DNA from: an uncultured Thermococci archaeon
GTDB lineage: Archaea; Methanobacteriota_B; Thermococci; Thermococcales; CAYNOZ01
Assembly (NCBI GenBank): GCA_964398955.1
Contig: CAYNOZ010000001.1
Coordinates: forward strand, 1 to 52,890
DNA length: 52,890 nucleotides
Direction of reading: 5' to 3'
Numbering within the stretch: position 1 is the first letter of the stretch; each line of letters begins with the position of its first letter. The position numbers and the translations under genes are program-made. This document shows, piece after piece, positions 40,336-48,770 of this stretch. The notes beneath the pieces were generated by a model. It made no database searches. It saw nothing but the letters and a program-made list of their open reading frames with translations, and was not told the origin of the DNA.

Positions 40336-41733
40336 TTAAACCTCTAAATGCTTTTTAACTGAATCTTGAGATTCCCATTTAGAATATTGATTACTTTTCA
40401 TAATTATACTATGAGCTGCTTTTTCAGAATTTTTCTTAGCTTCTAAAACATTTTCTCCACTACTTATAGCGATACCCATTCTTTCTTCTACTATCCTATG
40501 CGGATGTGGATCATGATAAGCGAAAGGCTTTCCAAAATGGTATATCTCCGCGTATTTCTCAGCTTTCTTAATTCCTTTATATTCAAGTCCATAACCCCTT
40601 ACATTTCTAGGAGATTTAAAAACATGAGTAGAAGCTGGTTTTATGCACTCTATCAACTTATAACCATTTTCTTCTTTATTAGGAATATTTCTTCCTGTAA
40701 TAGCTTTTAAATGAAGCCCTCCTTCACTAAAACCAGGCTCATGACTTCTATAGGTGACCATGCCAGTATCATGAGGTCTTGGAGAACATTCATTCCCATA
40801 GACCGTTACTTCTCCATTTTCTTCTTTAACAAACATTTCAACGCCGAAAATCCCCAATCCACCTAATTCATCAGTTATTTTCTTAGCAACATCATAAATC
40901 TTTTTTTCAGCTACTTTAGCAAGTCTTTTATCCTTTCTTTCATCCTCAGGAGACCAAGGCAAGTATTCTTCCACTTTGGGGCCTTGCCAAGAAGAGTGAT
41001 AATCAGAATCGATTTGATAATGTCCAACTGGTTTAGGAAAACTTGTCTTAATGTCCCCAGAACTATCCAAATGTCTAACCGCTAATTCTGTCACTTCAGT
41101 ATCAAAATCTATAAACTCTTCAATTATTGCCTCATCCCCTCTACCTCTTGCATCTTCTATAGCAAACTTTCTAGCTTTTTCTATATCGCTTTCATCTTCT
41201 ATTAAATATGAACCCTTACCAGAAGACGACATTATAGCCTTACTAATACACGGAAATCCTATATCCATTACAGTTTCTCTAAATTCCTCAGGAACTTCAG
41301 TAGTAGTGAATCTATAATCACTCGTTGGAACATCTGCATCCTCTGCTATAGTTTTTCTAATAAGTTTTCTATTCATGCAAATTTTAGTCGCATTAGCATT
41401 AGGAATTACATTCCATCCTTCCTCTTCAAGTTCTATCAGCATATCAGTATCAATGGCCTCAATTTCAGGGATTATTACATCAGGCTTTTCTTTTTCCACC
41501 ACTTGTCTCATTGCATTACCATCAATCATATCAAAAACATATTCTTTATCAGCAACTTTACTAGCGGGAGCCCCTTGATATCTGTCAACTGATATAAGTT
41601 CATAAGATCCAAATCTTCTAGCTTCTCTAAAAACTTCCTGACCGAGTTCCCCTGCACCAAACATGACGATTTTGTAGGATTCACCCTGTGATTCTCCTGC
41701 TACATCCATCATCTCAAACAATATTAACCCCAT
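40336..41733 (-). CDS. purT: formate-dependent GAR transformylase (ATP-grasp)
   Basis: 465 aa with 'FGAGELGQEV' and 'ECSPRPHDTGMVT' (compare E. coli PurT 'GSGELGKEV' and 'SPRPHDTG'). It is the first gene of the unit and has no SD upstream. Confidence 0.8.
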   Translation of the reverse strand: MGLILFEMMDVAGESQGESYKIVMFGAGELGQEVFREARRFGSYELISVDRYQGAPASKVADKEYVFDMIDGNAMRQVVEKEKPDVIIPEIEAIDTDMLIELEEEGWNVIPNANATKICMNRKLIRKTIAEDADVPTSDYRFTTTEVPEEFRETVMDIGFPCISKAIMSSSGKGSYLIEDESDIEKARKFAIEDARGRGDEAIIEEFIDFDTEVTELAVRHLDSSGDIKTSFPKPVGHYQIDSDYHSSWQGPKVEEYLPWSPEDERKDKRLAKVAEKKIYDVAKKITDELGGLGIFGVEMFVKEENGEVTVYGNECSPRPHDTGMVTYRSHEPGFSEGGLHLKAITGRNIPNKEENGYKLIECIKPASTHVFKSPRNVRGYGLEYKGIKKAEKYAEIYHFGKPFAYHDPHPHRIVEERMGIAISSGENVLEAKKNSEKAAHSIIMKSNQYSKWESQDSVKKHLEV

Positions 41734-41789
41734 TATGTTAAAAAATAGTTGTTTTTTAAATGTTTTTTAGCAAAAATATGTTAAAAAAT
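41734..41789 (-). promoter_or_regulatory. putative pur-operon promoter: TATA-like element flanked by two identical 13-nt direct repeats
   Basis: The minus strand reads CATTTAAAAAA (41762-41752), centred ~24 nt upstream of the purT ATG, with no SD, so a leaderless or very short-leader transcript is plausible. TATGTTAAAAAAT occurs at 41734-41746 and again at 41777-41789. Confidence 0.4.
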
Positions 41790-42275
41790 TATGATAAAAA
41801 ACTACCCCAACAAAAATCAAAAGTACACCCCCAAAATAATCAGGAACCCCCCCTATAAGACTCAACAGATCTAAAATTCCCATAATTTAATTAAAATAAT
41901 AAAAGAACTTTATCATACAAAAAATAACAAAACTTCAAAAAAAAACATGTTACTATCGAATTCAAACTAAGTTCCAAGTCACTAACCTAGAAGAAAAGCA
42001 CTATAATCTTACAATCTCAAATCTCTAATAAAAATAGTCAAGCCCTGCTATAAATGATTATTTATAAGGTAGAACTCTAAAGAACCTCCACCAATTATTA
42101 AACCTCTTCTCCGATAGTTTTTAGGTAAGTCGTAACCAATTTAGATAATTATGAAGAGAAAGTCTCTCTAAACCTAATTTCCATAAGTAAATATAAGCAA
42201 ATCAAGAGCAAACAGATAGAAGTTAAACTTCAGAACGGAAAGGATCTCAATGACCCCCAATAACTATAACTTAGA

Positions 42276-42974
42276 TTAATATTTCAAAAGAGTTTGTACT
42301 GGACAATCTACCAGATCTTTTATTTCTTCCAATCCCTCTTCAACACTAATCAAGGTAAAAACTCCTACTATCTCTGAATTAGTTTTTTTAGCCATTTTTA
42401 TAAGAGCCTTTTGGGTATCTCCAGTTCTTATAAGATCATCGATTATTAAAACCTTATCTTCATTCAAAGAACCTTTCGGTATAAAATAACTATCACTTCT
42501 ACCAGACCCCAATTTATACCTGACTTCAACAAAATTATCAATACCAATTTCCTTCCTACTCTTAGCAAAAATACAATTTACCCCAAGCTCTTTCCCTATA
42601 TGAACTCCCAAAGGAATTCCATCACTAGCAGCTGTTAAAACCTTTTCTGAATCATCAAATCTCTCAGATACCAAATCTGCTACAGTTTCCATAAAAGAGG
42701 TATTAAAAATCAATTCAGAATTATCTATATATCCATCCTCATCGAATCTAACGAGCTTTTCAGTTTCTTTTTCGAGAAAATCTTGGCCGAAAAGATCTAC
42801 TATTTCCTCAGCTCTTTTAATATCTGGCAACACTCTCCCCATTATGTATCTATTCAAAGTGACAGAAGAAAAACCAGTAAGGTCTGACAATTCTTCATAA
42901 GTATTTGTATTTTTAAGAAATTTCAAGAATTTTATAGCCTTTAATTGTTTCTTAACCTTTTCAACTCTTTTCAT
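42276..42974 (-). CDS. HTH + phosphoribosyltransferase-domain transcriptional regulator (PurR-like architecture; archaeal 'orotate PRT-like' family)
   Basis: 232 aa with the N-terminal HTH 'YEELSDLTGFSSVTLNRYIMG' and the C-terminal PRT fold with the PRPP loop 'VLIIDDLIRTGDT'. Confidence 0.75.
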   Translation of the reverse strand: MKRVEKVKKQLKAIKFLKFLKNTNTYEELSDLTGFSSVTLNRYIMGRVLPDIKRAEEIVDLFGQDFLEKETEKLVRFDEDGYIDNSELIFNTSFMETVADLVSERFDDSEKVLTAASDGIPLGVHIGKELGVNCIFAKSRKEIGIDNFVEVRYKLGSGRSDSYFIPKGSLNEDKVLIIDDLIRTGDTQKALIKMAKKTNSEIVGVFTLISVEEGLEEIKDLVDCPVQTLLKY

Positions 42975-43004
42975 TGTTTAACCTTAACAATATAATATTG
43001 TAGT

Positions 43005-43082
43005 TGGTGCGGTGACCGGGATTTGAACCCGGGTAACAAGCTTGGCAAGCTTGTGTCTTGGGCCAACCTGGACCATCACCGC
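43005..43082 (-). tRNA. tRNA-Gly (anticodon GCC)
   Basis: In the reverse complement: acceptor GCGGTGA/TCACCGC, anticodon stem CAAGC/GCTTG with loop TTGCCAA, T-arm CCGGG-TTCAAAT-CCCGG. The 3' A-CCA is encoded. Confidence 0.9.
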
Positions 43083-43099
43083 AGAAAATAGTATTCAAA

Positions 43100-43176
43100 T
43101 GGTGCCGCGACCCGGATTTGAACCGGGGACACCCAGATCTTCAGTCTGGTGCTCTCCCAGGCTAAGCTATCGCGGC
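43100..43176 (-). tRNA. tRNA-Phe (anticodon GAA)
   Basis: In the reverse complement: acceptor GCCGCGA/TCGCGGC, anticodon stem CCAGA/TCTGG with loop CTGAAGA, T-arm CCCGG-TTCAAAT-CCGGG. The 3' A-CCA is encoded. Confidence 0.9.
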
Positions 43177-43205
43177 CATAATTACTATAGTTTTGAGTGC
43201 AATGT

Positions 43206-43216
43206 TATATTTAAAA
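43206..43216 (-). promoter_or_regulatory. putative TATA box for tRNA-Phe/tRNA-Gly
   Basis: The minus strand reads TTTTAAATATA, 30-40 nt upstream of the tRNA-Phe 5' end. Confidence 0.35.
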
Positions 43217-43282
43217 TTTTCCCTTTTTTGTCCATTATAGTTTTAACTTGAGTTAATTATATATTTTTCTGGGGTAGTCTTT

Positions 43283-43792
43283 ATGGAGTTAGAAAAAAGG
43301 CATTTTATAAAGAGTAGTGAGGAGCGTAGAATTAGGAGGAAGCTTTCTGATTCTTTTGGGGATGAGGCTGCTGGCTTGTTACTTCCTGAGAGTTCTGATT
43401 TGGAGATAGCTGAGTTGGATGAGCAAGATGTTATTTTAATTGATGGAGATATATCTTTATTTAGTACTGAAAAAGGTTTTATGCCTTTAACAAACCGTTT
43501 AAAAAAGCTTGATAAAGATGTTAGGATCAATGCTGAAAGGAAGGTTGTTGTAGATGAAGGGGCTGTTGAATTTATTTTAGATGGTGCAGATATAATGTCT
43601 CCTGGTATAGTAGATGCTGATAAATCAATTGAAGAGGGTGAGATAGTCTTTGTTATTGATAAAGATTATGCAGAACCTTTAGCTATTGGTATCGCTTTAG
43701 TTTCCGGAGAGAAAATGGTTAAATCGAATAAAGGTAAGGCAATTAAATCAATCCATTATGCTGGAGATGAATTATGGAAAGAATCTAGATGA
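43283..43792 (+). CDS. PUA-domain RNA-binding protein (MCT-1/Tma20-like)
   Basis: 169 aa with the C-terminal PUA pattern 'KVVVDEGAVEFILDGADIMSPGIV...GEIVFVI...PLAIGIAL'. Confidence 0.75.
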   Translation: MELEKRHFIKSSEERRIRRKLSDSFGDEAAGLLLPESSDLEIAELDEQDVILIDGDISLFSTEKGFMPLTNRLKKLDKDVRINAERKVVVDEGAVEFILDGADIMSPGIVDADKSIEEGEIVFVIDKDYAEPLAIGIALVSGEKMVKSNKGKAIKSIHYAGDELWKESR

Positions 43793-43801
43793 GGTGTTTT
43801 A

Positions 43802-44620
43802 ATGAAATTTCTTATAGGAACACAAAAAGACATTGCTTCCGTTAACATGATTAATAATCTTCAAAGTTTAGGTTTTAATGAAATAGATGAGAAAAAAGAG
43901 AATTTTAATGTATATAAGAAGGATGATTTTATTTTATTAGAATCTGATAGAGAACTTATCTATTATGATGATTTATTGGATGTTATTAGGAAAGATTTTG
44001 AGACCGATATAGATTATGTAGTTTTTTTGTCGAAACATGCTAGTGAATCCGGTATACCTACTCTTACTACTCATGTAACTGGTAATCTTTCAGATGAAGC
44101 TAAATATGGTGGGAAACCGGAATCTTTGGCAATTCCTTTACCTAATAAGATGAAATTGATTTTGGAGAATTTGAAGAATAAGGTAGATGAAAATAATTTA
44201 GATTATGAAGTGTCTTATGAAGCTACTCATCATGGGCCGACTGAGATAGATGTCCCGTTATTGTTTGTTGAGATTGGGAGTTCTGAAAGTCGTTGGAAGG
44301 ATAAGATGGCTGGTAAAGTTATTGTAGAATCTTTGCTTAATTCTTTAAATTCAGTTAAAACTTTTAAACCTGTATTAGGGGTTGGAGGAGGACATTATGC
44401 TCCAAGACATACTGATGAAGCATTTGGAAGAGATATTGCATACGGACACATCATACCTGAATATATGAATCCTAAAGAGAAAGTTATCAAGGATGCTATT
44501 ATGAAAACATCAAAAAGTTTAAATGAAATGATAGTTCATTCTAATAGGACTCCTAAAACTCTAATGGAAAAGGTTCTTAACATTAGCGACGAACTTGGTA
44601 TAAAGGTTAAAGAGTTATAG
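43802..44620 (+). CDS. dtdA: archaeal D-aminoacyl-tRNA deacylase (DTD2)
   Basis: 272 aa with 'SKHASESGIPTLTTHVTGN', 'YEATHHGPTE', 'VEIGSSE' and 'GGGHYAPRHT', collinear with Pyrococcus Dtd2 as I recall it. Confidence 0.9.
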   Translation: MKFLIGTQKDIASVNMINNLQSLGFNEIDEKKENFNVYKKDDFILLESDRELIYYDDLLDVIRKDFETDIDYVVFLSKHASESGIPTLTTHVTGNLSDEAKYGGKPESLAIPLPNKMKLILENLKNKVDENNLDYEVSYEATHHGPTEIDVPLLFVEIGSSESRWKDKMAGKVIVESLLNSLNSVKTFKPVLGVGGGHYAPRHTDEAFGRDIAYGHIIPEYMNPKEKVIKDAIMKTSKSLNEMIVHSNRTPKTLMEKVLNISDELGIKVKEL

Positions 44621-44688
44621 TAAAATTTGGATATGATAATAGTAATATTTATATATTAATTTACTTGCTTATATAGGAGGGTTCATTT

Positions 44689-45864
44689 TTGAAAAAGATT
44701 GTTGAGGAGGCTGTGGATAGAGCCAAAGAAGAGGATCAGAATAATGAGAGCCAAACAGTTAAAAGAGTATCCGAATCTTCGGATAACTCGGTTAATGATA
44801 AGGATCCAAGAACAGAATACAATGAAAAAGCTAACGAAAAGATAAGAGAGTATACTGAAAAATCAAGAGCAAAGATACATGTAGTTGGAACCGGTGGGGC
44901 TGGATGTAATACTGTGGACAAACTAATGGAAAATAAGCCCGAAGGTTGTAATATAATAGCAGTTAATACTGATGCTCAGGATTTACTTCAAACTAAAGCT
45001 CATCAAAAAATTCTTATTGGTAAAGAAGTTACACAAGGTCTTGGAGCAGGTAATGACCCTAATAAAGGTGAAGAAGCTGCAGAAGAAGATGAAAGAGATA
45101 TAAGAGAAGCCTTAGATGGTGCCGATATGGTTTTCACAACTTGTGGTCTTGGTGGTGGAACTGGAACAGGATCTATTCCAGTAATCGCTAAGGTTGGTAA
45201 AAAGGTTGGTGCTCTTACTATTGGTGTAGTAACATTGCCTTTTACTGTAGAAGGAATTAAAAGACAAGAAAACGCTGAAAGAGGACTTGAAAAACTTAGA
45301 AAAGAAGCGGATACTGTAATTGTCATACCTAATGATAAACTCCTTGAAATTGCTCCTGATCTTTCTATTAACGAAGCTTTTGCAGTAGCTGATGAATTAC
45401 TTGTTAGGGCTGTAAAAGGTATAACTGAATTAATTACTAAAGAAGGATTAGTTAACCTTGATTTCGCAGATGTAAAATCCGTAATGAAAGACGGAGGAGT
45501 AGCTCTAATCGGAGTTGGTGAATCAAACACAGAAGGAAGAGCTGAAGAAGCTATAGAAGAAGCTCTAAACAGTCCCCTGATAGATGTAGATGTAACAGGA
45601 GCCAAAGGAGGGCTTATTAATATAATCGGTGGAGATATAAACCTAAGCGAAGCCGAACATATAGTAGAAGAAGTAGCAGAAAAACTCGATCCCTCTGCAG
45701 AAATTATATGGGGAGCAAGAGTTGAACCAGAACTAGATGAAACTTTAAGAGTTATGACAATAATTTCAGGCGTCTCATCGCCGTATATTATGGGTTCATC
45801 AGAAGAAGAAATTGAAGTAGAAGAAGGTGAAGGCGAAGTAGAACTAGATATCGAAAGAATCTAA
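44689..45864 (+). CDS. ftsZ: cell division protein FtsZ
   Basis: 391 aa with 'GTGGAGCN' and 'GLGGGTGTG'. The TTG start lies 6 nt after SD AGGAGGG, and no in-frame ATG occurs before the conserved core. There is a ~55-aa charged N-terminal extension. Confidence 0.9.
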   Translation: MKKIVEEAVDRAKEEDQNNESQTVKRVSESSDNSVNDKDPRTEYNEKANEKIREYTEKSRAKIHVVGTGGAGCNTVDKLMENKPEGCNIIAVNTDAQDLLQTKAHQKILIGKEVTQGLGAGNDPNKGEEAAEEDERDIREALDGADMVFTTCGLGGGTGTGSIPVIAKVGKKVGALTIGVVTLPFTVEGIKRQENAERGLEKLRKEADTVIVIPNDKLLEIAPDLSINEAFAVADELLVRAVKGITELITKEGLVNLDFADVKSVMKDGGVALIGVGESNTEGRAEEAIEEALNSPLIDVDVTGAKGGLINIIGGDINLSEAEHIVEEVAEKLDPSAEIIWGARVEPELDETLRVMTIISGVSSPYIMGSSEEEIEVEEGEGEVELDIERI

Positions 45865-45913
45865 TTTTCAAAACTATTTTTTAACCTTTCTTATTTATAT
45901 TCTGAGGGATAAC

Positions 45914-46099
45914 ATGGAATTAGATGATATAAGAGATTTCATTTCAAAATGTATAAGAGTACTAAAAATTACAAAAAAACCTAGTAAAAAGGAATACAAA
46001 CTCACAGCGAGAGTAGTTGCTCTAGGAGTAATAATCATAGGATCAGTAGGATTTGCAATTAGTCTTCTAGTACAGGTCATACAAATGCTCGCTGGATAA
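45914..46099 (+). CDS. secE: protein translocase subunit SecE/Sec61-gamma
   Basis: 61 aa with 'KKPSKKEY' followed by a single TM segment, in the canonical position before nusG. Confidence 0.8.
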   Translation: MELDDIRDFISKCIRVLKITKKPSKKEYKLTARVVALGVIIIGSVGFAISLLVQVIQMLAG

Positions 46100-46114
46100 A
46101 AAAGAGGTGATTAA

Positions 46115-46564
46115 ATGCCAAGCTACGGTGTAAGAACTACCGTAGGACAAGAGAGAAGCGTCGCTGACCAATTAAGCCAAAAAGCAAAAAAGAGAAAAGG
46201 CGGCATCTACTCTATCTTATCTCCTGCGGAAGTTAGAGGATATTTGTTTGTTGAAGCGAGAAATGACGGATTAGTAGAGGATTTGATATCTTCAATAAGA
46301 CATGCTAAAGGCGTTCTTGAAGGAGAAGTAGAATTTTCTGAATTAGAACATTATATTGAATCTAAACCATCAGTTACTGGTATTGAAAGAGGAGATGTTG
46401 TTGAATTAATATCCGGACCATTTAAACGAGAAGAAGCTAGAGTTAAGAGAGTTGATGAGAAGAAAGATGAAGTTGTAGTAGAACTTATCGAGTCAATGGT
46501 CCCTACCCCCGTTACAGTAAAGGGGGATCACGTTAAACTTATAAGTAAAGAAGGAAATGAGTAG
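46115..46564 (+). CDS. nusG: transcription elongation factor Spt5/NusG
   Basis: 149 aa with an NGN domain and the KOW motif 'GDVVELISGPFKREEARV'. Confidence 0.9.
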   Translation: MPSYGVRTTVGQERSVADQLSQKAKKRKGGIYSILSPAEVRGYLFVEARNDGLVEDLISSIRHAKGVLEGEVEFSELEHYIESKPSVTGIERGDVVELISGPFKREEARVKRVDEKKDEVVVELIESMVPTPVTVKGDHVKLISKEGNE

Positions 46565-46575
46565 GAGAGGATTAC

Positions 46576-47061
46576 ATGAGCAAAGAAACAATCGAATCGC
46601 TCGTGGAAGGAGGACAAGCATCCCCTGGACCTCCACTTGGACCTGCATTAGGTCCTCTTGGAGTTAATATAGGTAAAGTTGTTAATGCTGTAAATGAAAA
46701 GACAGAAGCCTATGATGGGATGCAAGTTCCTGTTAAAATCATAGTAGACACAGAAACCAACGAATTCGAAATAGAAGTTGGAACCCCGCCTACTTCACAG
46801 CTCATTAAAAACGAGCTAGGAATAGAAAGTGGGGCTTCAGATGTGGCCGATGAAGTAGCTGGAGACATTACAATAGAAGAAGCTAAATCAGTTGCAGAGA
46901 AGAAAAAACCTGATCTACTAGCTGCAGACATAAAAGCTGGAGTAAAAGAGGTATTAGGTGCCTGTGTCTCTATGGGAATAAATTGCGAAGGAAAAGATCC
47001 AAGAATAATACAAAAAGAAATAGATAAAGGAGAATGGAATAACGAACTAGGAGGTGAATGA
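46576..47061 (+). CDS. rpl11: 50S ribosomal protein L11 (uL11)
   Basis: 161 aa with 'PGPPLGPALGPLGVN'. Confidence 0.95.
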   Translation: MSKETIESLVEGGQASPGPPLGPALGPLGVNIGKVVNAVNEKTEAYDGMQVPVKIIVDTETNEFEIEVGTPPTSQLIKNELGIESGASDVADEVAGDITIEEAKSVAEKKKPDLLAADIKAGVKEVLGACVSMGINCEGKDPRIIQKEIDKGEWNNELGGE

Positions 47062-47704
47062 ATTGAAATATGAATTCGAGGAGGCAGTGAAGAAGGCAAT
47101 TGAAGAATCCAAGCCGCGCAACTTCACACAATCAATAGACGTTATTATCAACCTTAAGGATGTTGACCTTAAGAATCCTGATAATAGAATTAAAAAAGAA
47201 GTTGTACTTCCAAATGGTAGAGGTAAGGAAGTGAAAGTCGGTCTATTCGGTGGAGAATCTTTCAGAATGAAAGGAAAAGATGCAGGTATAGACAGAGTAT
47301 TCGACAAAGAAACAGCCGAAGACATGGATAATAGTGAAAAGAAAAGCGTTGCCGAAGAGATCGATCACTTTATAGCCCAAGCCGATATGATGCCTATGAT
47401 AGGAAGAGAATGGGGTAAAGTGCTTGGACCAAGAAGCAAAATGCCTGATCCAATGCCTCCAACAGTATCAGAATCAGAACTGGAAAAAACTATAAACGAT
47501 CTACGGGATACTATCAGATTAGATTCTGGGGAAGATCCAGTAGTTCATTCTGCTGTAGGTACTGAAGATATGGAGATAGAGGATATAGTGGGAAATACGG
47601 AAATCGTGCTTGAAAATGTTATGAATACTTATGAGATGGGAGAAACTAGAATAGGTAAAATCTACGTTAAGACCACTATGGGTCCGACAGTGGAGGTTAA
47701 ATAA
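47054..47704 (+). CDS. rpl1: 50S ribosomal protein L1 (uL1)
   Basis: 216 aa, positioned between L11 and L10. The track start GTG (47054) lies inside the SD GGAGGTGA, so the in-frame TTG at 47063 (5 nt after the SD) is an equally plausible start. Confidence 0.9.
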   Translation: MNELKYEFEEAVKKAIEESKPRNFTQSIDVIINLKDVDLKNPDNRIKKEVVLPNGRGKEVKVGLFGGESFRMKGKDAGIDRVFDKETAEDMDNSEKKSVAEEIDHFIAQADMMPMIGREWGKVLGPRSKMPDPMPPTVSESELEKTINDLRDTIRLDSGEDPVVHSAVGTEDMEIEDIVGNTEIVLENVMNTYEMGETRIGKIYVKTTMGPTVEVK

Positions 47705-48738
47705 TGACAACAGAAGAAGTTGCTCCGTGGAAAAGAGAAGAAGTTAAAGATCTGAAAGAGACTATCAAAAGTGGATCTGTAGTAGGAATAATTAATCTAG
47801 AGGGAGTGCCAGCAAAATCTTTACAAGAAATGAGATCAAAACTACGTGGAGATGCAAAGATAAGAGGATCCAGGAATAAACTAATTCAAATAGCGCTAGA
47901 AATGATTTCAGAGGAAGAAGATGATGAAGAAATCAAGAAACTGAAAGAATACATTAAAAGAAGCTCAGCTATTCTAGTATCTAATAAAAACCCATTTAAG
48001 CTCCATAAAATGTTAGAAGAAAGTAAAACATCTGCTCCAGCAAAACCAGGGGCTATAGCACCCAACGATATAATAGTTCCTGAAGGAGGTACTGATTTCG
48101 CACCTGGACCTATAGTCGGTGACCTACAAAGCGTTGGAATCGCTGCTCAGATAGAAGAAGGAGATGTAGTAATAACAGAAGATTCAACAGTAACTAAAGA
48201 AGGAGAAGAGATAACAGAAGAAGTAGCTAATATTTTAGGAAGACTAGGAATTGAACCTTTAGAAGTAGGACTAGACACTTTTGCAATGTACGAAGATGGA
48301 ACAATATACACACCAGACATCCTTGAAGTTGAAGAAGAAGAAACTCTCACCAAACTAGAAAACGGAGTGACAAGAGCAATGAATTTATCAGTAAACGCTT
48401 CATACCCAACAGACAAGAACATAGACCATTTGATACAAAAAGCATTTACAGAAATGAAGAATCTTTCAATAGAATCAGACTTCATAACTGATGCAACATT
48501 AGAAGAGATAATAAACAAATCAGTTAACAGCATGTACTCACTAGCTGAGAATTTAGACGAAGACTCTTTAGACAAAGAGTTAAAAGAGAGAATAAATTCA
48601 AATCAAAATAAATCTGAACAAACTGAGAAAGAAGTTGAGCCCGAAAAAGAAGAGAATAAAGAAGAAGTCGAAGAGAAAGAAACCGAAGAGGAAGAAGAGG
48701 AAGAAGATTCTCTAGATGGTATGGGCGCGATGTTTTAA
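47704..48738 (+). CDS. rpl10: 50S ribosomal protein L10/P0 (uL10)
   Basis: 344 aa with an acidic tail ending 'EEEEEEDSLDGMGAMF'. The ATG overlaps the L1 stop. Confidence 0.9.
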   Translation: MTTEEVAPWKREEVKDLKETIKSGSVVGIINLEGVPAKSLQEMRSKLRGDAKIRGSRNKLIQIALEMISEEEDDEEIKKLKEYIKRSSAILVSNKNPFKLHKMLEESKTSAPAKPGAIAPNDIIVPEGGTDFAPGPIVGDLQSVGIAAQIEEGDVVITEDSTVTKEGEEITEEVANILGRLGIEPLEVGLDTFAMYEDGTIYTPDILEVEEEETLTKLENGVTRAMNLSVNASYPTDKNIDHLIQKAFTEMKNLSIESDFITDATLEEIINKSVNSMYSLAENLDEDSLDKELKERINSNQNKSEQTEKEVEPEKEENKEEVEEKETEEEEEEEDSLDGMGAMF

Positions 48739-48770
48739 AATAAACAAACTAAATACAGGAGGTGAATCTA

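Noticed and set aside
41801-41853. G-quadruplex on the minus strand from the C4/C5/C7 runs
   Set aside because: There are only three runs, with 15-19-nt loops, so a fourth tract would require splitting the G7 run. This is a weak G4 candidate.
41767-41883. 38-codon hydrophobic ORF (MGILDLLSLIGGVPDYFGGVLLIFVGVVFYHNFLTYFC) just upstream of purT, considered as a leader peptide
   Set aside because: It has no SD and no well-placed TATA. Its F/L/V/G-rich product is what a T/G-rich strand yields by chance. It is kept only as a note.
43042-43530. ORFs 43042-43251 (+) and 43243-43530 (-)
   Set aside because: The first is read through tRNA-Gly and tRNA-Phe. The second is antisense to the 5' part of the PUA-protein gene and is S/L/F-rich. 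Both are spurious.
45003-45605. 200-aa antisense ORF inside ftsZ, and similar long antisense ORFs (for example 46710-47099, 48147-48575, 52256-52789, and many inside tuf, fusA and rpoA1)
   Set aside because: All are opposite well-supported conserved genes. They have S/L/P/T/F-rich low-complexity products, as expected from reading purine-rich coding strands in reverse, and none has an SD.
48762-48770. GTG start for L12 as given by the ORF track
   Set aside because: The GTG lies inside the SD AGGAGGTGA. The ATG at 48771 gives the canonical [11 protein letters not shown]-terminus with 5-nt SD spacing.
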